From an uncultured Gammaproteobacteria bacterium (lineage in GTDB: Bacteria; Patescibacteriota; Patescibacteriia; Patescibacteriales; UBA12465): a stretch of DNA of 64,000 nucleotides. Shown in pieces: positions 38,808 to 45,872 of this stretch. Position 1 is the stretch's first letter; the number at the start of each line of letters is the position of its first letter. The stretch covers positions 56,598-120,597 of the forward strand of contig CAZFEF010000001.1 in NCBI GenBank assembly GCA_964517555.1, in the 5' to 3' direction. The notes below the pieces were generated by a model that did not search any database, was not told where the DNA came from, and worked only from the letters and a program-made list of their open reading frames with translations. The position numbers and the translations under genes are program-made.

Positions 38808-38849
38808 ACAAAAATGAGCCTTTCAGCTCATTTTTGTATATATGCTCGC
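38808..38849. repeat. copy 2 of the ~44-bp hairpin repeat / bidirectional terminator
   Basis: AAAAATGAGC-ctttca-GCTCATTTTTGTATATATGCTCGC. Sits between convergent genes (38115..38747 + and 38908..39834 -). Confidence 0.6.
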
Positions 38850-38907
38850 GCATAAGGATTATTTCCGAACTTTTAAATGCTTAAATATTAGGGATATTAG
38901 AAAATTA

Positions 38908-39834
38908 TTATCTATTAACTAAAAATTCCGTTAAAACAAAAATTATGTAAAAAACAAATAATAGGAAAGCCTCTTTTCGGCTTAATATTCGGTCTGACTT
39001 CATAAAATAAAATAAAAGAAAAATTGCTAGAAACATGAATAGCCCAGTAATATAGATAATGCGTAAATTAAAGGCAAAGGGACTAATTAGAGCCATTATA
39101 CCAACTACGATAGTGGCGTCAGCAACAACTGTTCCCAGAATATCACCTAGGGCCAAATTATCATGATGATGTTTCGCGGCTTTAATTGAAAAAAATAATT
39201 CCGGCAGAGTCGTCCCTAGACCGACCACCAACATGCCAATCAATATTGGGCTAACATTTAAACCCCGTGCAAAATCAACTCCATATTTTACGGTAAAATG
39301 AGAACCCAATAAAAGACCGGTCATACTAAATAATAGGAATACTAAATTTTTGATATTAAATTTTTCCCGATCAATCTTGGCAACATAAATATTCTTTTTT
39401 AAAACTAAGTAGTAAAACAATAACCCAACTAAAATTAATATTATTCCGTCCAATCTAGAATAATAGCCATTTAGACCAAGTATAATTGGAATAGCCATTG
39501 CTCCGATATGTAAAAATCTATTTTTAATAAGCTGACTTTCTATTCTTAATTTTCTGCCAGATAAAAATACTACCAAAGCAAAAACTAGGGTTAGATCGGC
39601 AATATTCGAACCAAATAATGTACCTAGCCCAAAAGAAGGAATTTTTTCAATAGCCGAAGTAATTGAAATAAATGTTTCTGGTAAAATAGAAATGACAGCC
39701 ACGACCGCAAAACCAATAATATATTTGGGTAAATTAAAACTTTCCGCTAAATGGATTGAATAGCGAATGGCAAAATTTGCACTTTTAATTACCACAAATA
39801 ATGAAATTAATAAAAAAATAAATGACAAAGCCAT
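38908..39834 (-). CDS. CaCA-family cation/Ca2+ exchanger (YrbG-like)
   Basis: Two alpha-repeat signatures (ISILPETFISI and GTTLPELFFSI) in a roughly 10-TM protein. Confidence 0.75.
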   Translation of the reverse strand: MALSFIFLLISLFVVIKSANFAIRYSIHLAESFNLPKYIIGFAVVAVISILPETFISITSAIEKIPSFGLGTLFGSNIADLTLVFALVVFLSGRKLRIESQLIKNRFLHIGAMAIPIILGLNGYYSRLDGIILILVGLLFYYLVLKKNIYVAKIDREKFNIKNLVFLLFSMTGLLLGSHFTVKYGVDFARGLNVSPILIGMLVVGLGTTLPELFFSIKAAKHHHDNLALGDILGTVVADATIVVGIMALISPFAFNLRIIYITGLFMFLAIFLLFYFMKSDRILSRKEAFLLFVFYIIFVLTEFLVNR

Positions 39835-40011
39835 ATTACTTAAAAAATATTAAATTATACAAAAATTATAGCATATTTTACACTTTAAAACCCCGTGTAG
39901 GAATAGAACCCATTTTCACAAGGCTTCTTGGAAGCTTTCATGGGTTTTAGCAGGTGTGTGGGTCAGGGCAAAATGAGACAAATGAGACACTATAAAAAGG
40001 GTTTTCAAGTC

Positions 40012-41268
40012 TCATTTATTACAATTAAGGCCAATAACGGAAATATATTGATCGTTTGAATATATCTTTTCAACACTTGACAAAATAGAAGAAAAATCAT
40101 CATAACTAATATTCTCATCATTATTGAAAATTACAAAGATTCCGTAGCCAGAATCCGTTCCTTGAATGTACTGAATCAACTTCTTCCTATAATTTGACCT
40201 ATTTTTAAATCCTGACAACTCGGTATTAGTAGTGAGCTTTAATTCAATTAATATTGAACCTACAAAGCCATAAGAAACTAAAAAATCGGTTCGCTTATTA
40301 TCCAATAATTGAGTTTCTCTTCTGATGCTAATTTCTTCTTTTCTGAGCCCACCTTTTAATAAGCAATTTTCGATCTGACTATTAATCGTTTTTTGTATAA
40401 GATCCTCCTGTTTTCTGCCTGCCTCAATAATAAATCTATACGCACCCTCACTTTCAACCCATTGCCTCAAATCAGTTTCGAATATTTTTTTTACAAATTC
40501 AAATAAATCTCTTTTTGTAGCTATATCTAAATACATCATACCCTTAAGCTGATTATACTTTTTTATACAATCGGCAATATTTTTTGGTTTACCCAAATAC
40601 TCAATATATTCTTGCTTTAAATTTTGGAATTTATACCTAAGCCAATTAACTCCTGGCTTCTTGGAATTATTAATAATAAATTTTTCCAAGTCTCTAAGAT
40701 AACTATACGTATTATGCTCCTTTAAATTTTTATAATACTGAATTACAATTTCCCAGAGATAACTCGAATACGAATAATAAGGCTTGCCCTTTGAATATAT
40801 AACTAAAGAGTCTTTTAATAAATCCAAAAATAATTTCTTGATATCGCATTTTAATACCCAGACCGTTCTTTGATTATTTTTGGAAACCTGATTGGCAAAT
40901 TCTGCTAAACGATAAACAGCCCGATGAGTACCTTTATCTAAGCGGCACGAATAGGAATCAGAGATAAATTGTTTATCAAAATATTGATAGATTTCCCGGT
41001 AAAGCAAATGGTGGAGCAATCTGTCTCGGACTGTCGCTTTATGAATATTTCTCGGTTTGGGATCGGAAATATTAAAGGCTTGGTAGTTGCTATGTTTGTA
41101 GGTCTTGTTTTTTAAATCATGGTGGAGGCTAATGATATTATCCATTAATCTGCCTTGAAACAGTATTACGTCATTACGTTTTCTTTTACCCGTCAAAAAC
41201 TCCTCCCAAGCTAGAAGTAAGTTGGCAGTGGTAATAATATCTTCGTATTTTTTAATAAATTTCTTCAT
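40012..41268 (-). CDS. DGR-type reverse transcriptase homolog, N-terminal RT motifs 1-3 only, fused to an unrelated ~230-aa C-terminal region
   Basis: LLLAWEEF…GKRKRNDVILFQ…PKPRNIHKATVRDRLLHHLLY…FISDSYSCRLDKGTHRAV…VLKCDIKKLF matches the DGR RT finger/palm motifs 1-3. No motif 4 (GxPxG) or YxDD catalytic box follows. Confidence 0.6.
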   Translation of the reverse strand: MKKFIKKYEDIITTANLLLAWEEFLTGKRKRNDVILFQGRLMDNIISLHHDLKNKTYKHSNYQAFNISDPKPRNIHKATVRDRLLHHLLYREIYQYFDKQFISDSYSCRLDKGTHRAVYRLAEFANQVSKNNQRTVWVLKCDIKKLFLDLLKDSLVIYSKGKPYYSYSSYLWEIVIQYYKNLKEHNTYSYLRDLEKFIINNSKKPGVNWLRYKFQNLKQEYIEYLGKPKNIADCIKKYNQLKGMMYLDIATKRDLFEFVKKIFETDLRQWVESEGAYRFIIEAGRKQEDLIQKTINSQIENCLLKGGLRKEEISIRRETQLLDNKRTDFLVSYGFVGSILIELKLTTNTELSGFKNRSNYRKKLIQYIQGTDSGYGIFVIFNNDENISYDDFSSILSSVEKIYSNDQYISVIGLNCNK

Positions 41269-41274
41269 AAAAAT

Positions 41275-41643
41275 ATGAGTACAATTCTTCGCCCACCGGT
41301 CGTGCTCGTTAAAGCTAAGGAGACCTACGCGATTTGGTTCAAAGTTTTGGCTGACTTTCCTAAAGCTTATCGCTATAACCTGGGTGGCAAGATTGAAAAC
41401 TCTTTTTTATCAATTTTAGAAAATATTTTTATCACTGCTTATCTTTCTGGAGAAAAGAAACAAGCGCAGCTATGCTTGGTAATTACCAAACTTGATGGTC
41501 TAAAATTTTTTCTGCAGCTGGCCTGGGAAAATAAATGCCTTTCTAATAATAAATATTCTTGTCTTTCTGAGCAGTTAGAAGAAATTGGTCGGATGCTGGG
41601 TGGTTGGAGAAAAGGTTTAGAAATGAAAACTCCCGCCAAATGA
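41275..41643 (+). CDS. avd: Avd-like four-helix-bundle protein (DGR accessory variability determinant / 23S-IVS protein family)
   Basis: About 120 aa. YAIWFKVLADFPKAYRYNLGGKIENSFLSILENI matches the four-helix-bundle (Avd) family. It sits between the template repeat and the RT gene but on the opposite strand. Confidence 0.6.
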   Translation: MSTILRPPVVLVKAKETYAIWFKVLADFPKAYRYNLGGKIENSFLSILENIFITAYLSGEKKQAQLCLVITKLDGLKFFLQLAWENKCLSNNKYSCLSEQLEEIGRMLGGWRKGLEMKTPAK

Positions 41644-41659
41644 ACGGGAGAATATCAAT

Positions 41660-41768
41660 AATTGCGGGAGAAAACCTGGTTGCCATCGTTCCACTCGTTA
41701 GGATTCTCAACCGAGTTCGCCTTGACGTTCCAGCCATCGTCATTCCAGTTCACGTTCACAGCACGGAG
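41660..41768 (-). repeat. DGR template repeat (TR), 109 bp
   Basis: Matches the variable repeat at 42127-42235 except for 18 positions that are all A on the minus strand in the TR, plus one synonymous C/T difference. In the target-gene frame the variable positions are AAC/AAT/GAC/GAG codons (LRAVNVNWNDDGWNVKANSVENPNEWNDGNQVFSRN). Confidence 0.85.
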
Positions 41769-42103
41769 GCATCGATTATGTACTGAAAACCGTCTAGATC
41801 ACCGTCCTTCGGCTTAATGCCCCGGGATTGTATATTATTCGGGACCTGAAAGTCCACCAGTTTTCAGTACCAATTATTGAAGTTTTTGAAGAAGTCTCTC
41901 CTACTCTCGCGCTAGGCTTGCCCGACGCGACTCCGAGGCTAAGAATTCTGAAATCATGGCGAAATAGCCGTAACCGTTTCGCGATTCTTGGTTTCATATC
42001 AATGTATCATAAATAAGCGGAAATAAAAAGACCCTCGGACTGTTTCAGTTTTCAAGAAGAAAAAAGAAAGAGTCAAAGGGTCATAGATTCAAAGGTACAA
42101 GGG

Positions 42104-42796
42104 TTAAACGGTCTTAGTGACCGAGGAATTGCGGGAGAAAACCTGGCTGCCACCGAACCACCCGAGAGGACTCCCAACCGAGAGCGCCTCGACGTACCAG
42201 CCACCGCCATCCCAGTCCACAGTCACAGCACGGAGTGTACCAGTGATGTCACGGATATAGAAGATATTGGCGTAACCGTTATTAAGCAGCTCGCTTTTTT
42301 CTCCGTTTGCCTGACGCTCCATCATGGCATACATTTCTGATAAAGTGGTTTCGGATTTTTCCTGGCCACCAAGTTCGGAAATGATAGGGCCATCAACCGA
42401 TCCCCGGTTTAGCTTGCGTCCGTAAACTGTACTGCCGGCAAAGGGTTCTTCGGTTTTCTCTGTAAACCAGGCTTTGAAATTATCACCTACATAGGAAATC
42501 TTGACCTTAGCCTTCTTGCCCGTGTCAACCACAAATTTATCTTTAGCGACAAATTTTTCGGTGGTGGCAGAGAGAGTAACAGTTGAAATCACTTCGCTCA
42601 AGATAGCAGGGGCTGGTGGAACATCAGTCTTAGAGCGGTTAGTGATTGCCTGAATAAACAGGTCAATTCCCTCTCCGGCGTTTTGAATGAGCCACTGGGC
42701 GTCATCATTTGATAATTTTTCGAATCTGTCCTGGAATTCTACCATTCTCCCAGCGATCATGTGCTTCTGTTTTGTTGTTGCCATTTTGGCCTCCAA
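42104..42796 (-). CDS. DGR target (variable) protein, 230 aa, C-terminal VR
   Basis: The VR lies in the last about 40 codons (…LRAVTVDWDGGGWYVEALSVGSPLGWFGGSQVFSRNSSVTKTV*). No signal peptide is evident. Confidence 0.7.
   Translation of the reverse strand: MEAKMATTKQKHMIAGRMVEFQDRFEKLSNDDAQWLIQNAGEGIDLFIQAITNRSKTDVPPAPAILSEVISTVTLSATTEKFVAKDKFVVDTGKKAKVKISYVGDNFKAWFTEKTEEPFAGSTVYGRKLNRGSVDGPIISELGGQEKSETTLSEMYAMMERQANGEKSELLNNGYANIFYIRDITGTLRAVTVDWDGGGWYVEALSVGSPLGWFGGSQVFSRNSSVTKTV
42127..42235 (-). repeat. DGR variable repeat (VR) at the 3' end of the target gene
   Basis: See the TR entry. The substitutions relative to the TR are adenine-specific. Confidence 0.85.
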
Positions 42797-42935
42797 TTTT
42801 TACAGGTTTTAAAAGAATTTTCTGCGCTTCACCCAGCAGAATTTGGGCATTATTCTTTATTAAATTAATGTATAATTATATCACGTAATTAGACTTATGT
42901 CAAGCCGAAATAAAAATAAACCGTGGGCAGAATAA

Positions 42936-43298
42936 TTACCTACAACGCCTCTTCTTCTTAATAAAATCAAGAGTCAAATTTATCTCTTCTATTATTCTTG
43001 GGTTTTCATTCACCCAACAATTTTTAAGACCAATTAGAATCCTCTCGGAAACTTCATAATATCTTCTAAAATTTCTAAGTTCAAAAACAATAGCTATTTG
43101 TCTGTCTAGTTTTTTGTCTTGTCTACCAGACTCAATATCAACTAAATCTTCTACTAACTTGTGGTATATTTGAAAATTCCTATTTTTACGATAATCTCCA
43201 AATTTTATAATCGACCAAGCTATAACAAAGATACTCACTAGTATGCCCAGAGCTCCTGTATAATCATTTAAAAATGCGAAAATTTTGATAAACCACAT
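42936..43298 (-). CDS. hypothetical membrane protein (120 aa)
   Basis: N-terminal TM helix. ORF only. Confidence 0.35.
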   Translation of the reverse strand: MWFIKIFAFLNDYTGALGILVSIFVIAWSIIKFGDYRKNRNFQIYHKLVEDLVDIESGRQDKKLDRQIAIVFELRNFRRYYEVSERILIGLKNCWVNENPRIIEEINLTLDFIKKKRRCR

Positions 43299-43548
43299 AG
43301 TTTTTTATAATTAAAGTCCACTAAGATCGCCCTGATTTTTATAAATATGAATTGCCCCAATACTAATCATCTTGACGATCTGAGACAAAATCGCCAGAAC
43401 AAGCGATCTTCAGGTATGTGGGTCATAAAAAGACGTTTTTCATCAACGCACGCCATAGTCACGATAATTGGAACTGAGATGAGGAAGAATAATGATGTAT
43501 TTGTAACAACAATTTAATACTACCCCAGTGTCGCTCACTATATATCTT

Positions 43549-43770
43549 TTATGCTTTATCTTCAGGAAATAACTCGTAATATCCTGTCGGATTGTTCTCT
43601 CGCAAAAACTTTTTGAAAGATTTCACCTCTTTTTCAGTAAGGGGCTTATTATTTTCAGGGTCATTATTATCCTCCCAGCCATAGTCTTTTACAATCTCTC
43701 GCTTACTCAACCTAGGATCATTCTTCCAGGACCTTAAAATGGAATTAGCTTTTTGAATTTCCACAAACAT
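43549..43770 (-). CDS. hypothetical protein (73 aa)
   Basis: ORF only. Confidence 0.3.
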   Translation of the reverse strand: MFVEIQKANSILRSWKNDPRLSKREIVKDYGWEDNNDPENNKPLTEKEVKSFKKFLRENNPTGYYELFPEDKA

Positions 43771-43899
43771 ATATTTTTGTTTATTAGTTTTAATTTACCG
43801 ACCCACCGCCGGGGTTGACCCCCTGCCACACACCACCGACGATCGCGTGGTAGCAGTTTCGTATGGGAGAAAATATTTTTCAATTTGACAGGAGAATTT

Positions 43900-44241
43900 T
43901 TAAAATTTTATTGGCTCTTTCTTTTTCCCTTTATTTTCTATAATGCTCCGCCAATCTTTTACCCCTTCTACAAACAATAATGATAAACTAATGAAAAGAA
44001 TCAAATAACCAAAATTGCCGGCAATACGATCCTCTTCGGGACCCAATAACATATTTAATCCAATCGGGATTAATACAAGGCCAAAAAAGCCGAACCAACC
44101 TCGACAACCAAGTATAAGTGGTAATAATGGCAATATTAAAATAATTTTAAAAATTTCTATTAAATCTTTTTTAAACTTCATATTTCGCGTAGGATTTATC
44201 TGGGTCGAGGAAACAAAAAAGGTCTCCCGACACAGCGACAA
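43900..44241 (-). CDS. hypothetical small membrane protein (113 aa)
   Basis: Two to three hydrophobic helices. Confidence 0.35.
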   Translation of the reverse strand: MSLCRETFFVSSTQINPTRNMKFKKDLIEIFKIILILPLLPLILGCRGWFGFFGLVLIPIGLNMLLGPEEDRIAGNFGYLILFISLSLLFVEGVKDWRSIIENKGKKKEPIKF

Positions 44242-44420
44242 ACCCTTTCGGATCTGTCTCGCCCTCTTTCGAGAGCAAACCTACGCGAATAAGTGCTGGT
44301 CAGAAGACCATCTTTATTCGCGTAGGATTTTTTTACCATACCTGTCGGTAACCGACAGGGTTAGGTATTGTTTTTTATATAATAACCTTTTTACATCATT
44401 TTGAAAAGGTAAAAGCTAAA

Positions 44421-45338
44421 TTATGTTTTATTAAATAATTTATCAGCAATATCTATAATCTCAATCTTTTTAGCAACTCCATTAATCCACCTTTCCGGTA
44501 TTCCGTCGATTCCATAATAAGCACCGGCTAATTGTCCGTATATTGCAGCTGTAGTATCAGCATCGTCTCCCAAGTTTACGGCTTTTAGCACGCCCTCTTC
44601 AAAAGTCTCCGAATTATAAAACGCCCACAAAGCGGCTTCAAGCGATTTAACCACATAGCCCGACCCCTGAATAAAAGGCGGCTGCTGATTTTTATACGAT
44701 CCGAGAGCTACGGTTTCTGTCTCTTTAACTAATTTATTTTCAATCCAAAAATCTTTTATAGGGCAAAAAAGTGGTTGCAACAACTCCTCTTTAGTCGCTC
44801 CGTTTAATGCTCCAATAATAAGCCCGGAGTAATATTTACAAGCATCAGCACATAATTGTGATTCGTGAGTTACTCTAGAACTTAATTCTGCATATTTAAT
44901 CGCTTCAAAAACATTGTCTCTAAAATACAGTGGGATTGGGGCTATGCGCATCAAGCTACCATTACCATCAGAATTTCTAGAAGAAGTAGTTACATAAGGA
45001 TTTTCTCCGTTGTAAGCTACTAGAGCCCTTAAAACTGTCTGGCCAACGCCGAATGATCTGCCAGTGCTAGAGCAATAACCGGTTTCAAGCCATTTTTTAT
45101 ATTTATCAGCTTGATCCTTGGGGTCAAAACCCATACTCTCAATTAAACTATTAGCGAGACACAAAGCCATCGCTGTATCATCAGACCAACACCCCGATGG
45201 GAGGCGATTAGAATCTTCAAAATCATTAACGGGTTTAAAACTTCCTATAGATTTGAATTCTACTGGGACTCCAAGAGCATCGCCTATTGCCAAGCCAATC
45301 AATGATCCGCGATATTTTTTCAACAATTCACTATTCAT
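44421..45338 (-). CDS. ADP-ribosylglycohydrolase family protein (DraG/ARH-like)
   Basis: N-terminal GSLIGLAIGDALGVPVEF and C-terminal LGDDADTTAAIYGQLAGAYYG are diagnostic of the ADP-ribosylglycohydrolase fold. Confidence 0.8.
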   Translation of the reverse strand: MNSELLKKYRGSLIGLAIGDALGVPVEFKSIGSFKPVNDFEDSNRLPSGCWSDDTAMALCLANSLIESMGFDPKDQADKYKKWLETGYCSSTGRSFGVGQTVLRALVAYNGENPYVTTSSRNSDGNGSLMRIAPIPLYFRDNVFEAIKYAELSSRVTHESQLCADACKYYSGLIIGALNGATKEELLQPLFCPIKDFWIENKLVKETETVALGSYKNQQPPFIQGSGYVVKSLEAALWAFYNSETFEEGVLKAVNLGDDADTTAAIYGQLAGAYYGIDGIPERWINGVAKKIEIIDIADKLFNKT

Positions 45339-45353
45339 TATTCGATAAATTAT

Positions 45354-45599
45354 TTATTTCTTAACATCAAGTCCATAAAATAATCCGGCAGCCTTATCGC
45401 CAAATTTTTCGTAAGCAATATCATCGAGCCCGCTCCTTAGCCCTCCAAATGACTCCTCAACGGTCCGCCACCTCTTTAATAGTTCGGTTTTGGGTAATTT
45501 AGAGCTCAAATATGTAAATAGTTCATTAAGGCTTCTTCTGGTATCTTTTGCCTTAGAACCAATTTCCCTGCAATCTTGTAAAGTAAAAATGTCGTTCAT
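45354..45599 (-). CDS. hypothetical protein (81 aa), immediately upstream of the ARH gene
   Basis: ORF only. A 15-bp gap to the ARH gene suggests an operon. Confidence 0.35.
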   Translation of the reverse strand: MNDIFTLQDCREIGSKAKDTRRSLNELFTYLSSKLPKTELLKRWRTVEESFGGLRSGLDDIAYEKFGDKAAGLFYGLDVKK

Positions 45600-45872
45600 A
45601 GATTTAATAGTTAATATTTATAGATTATGGGCCATTTTGCTGAGTCCATCTCTATATATTTTAACTGAAAAATCATCGATTAGCCAGAGCAATTTATGGT
45701 TTGTTTATTTTCGATTCAACCTTATCTAAAGGGTTCTGCCCAACAGCTAATTTAACTAAATTAACCAGATTTAAACCTTTTTCAATGGCCTCGGATTTAC
45801 TTATTTTCTTATGAAATCTTTTCTCATAAAGCGCCTGAAACTCTAATATTTCCTCATCGGTAAAATACATAT

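Noticed and set aside
41794-42016. Small ORFs (62-67 aa) on both strands in the DGR VR-TR spacer
   Set aside because: The region is dominated by inverted repeats and GC-rich hairpins typical of DGR RNA elements. The ORF products are Arg/Ser-rich with no protein-like features.
44015-44404. + strand 129-aa ORF
   Set aside because: It overlaps the minus-strand membrane protein gene and a region of hairpins and direct repeats. Its composition (R/S/P-rich) is atypical for this genome.
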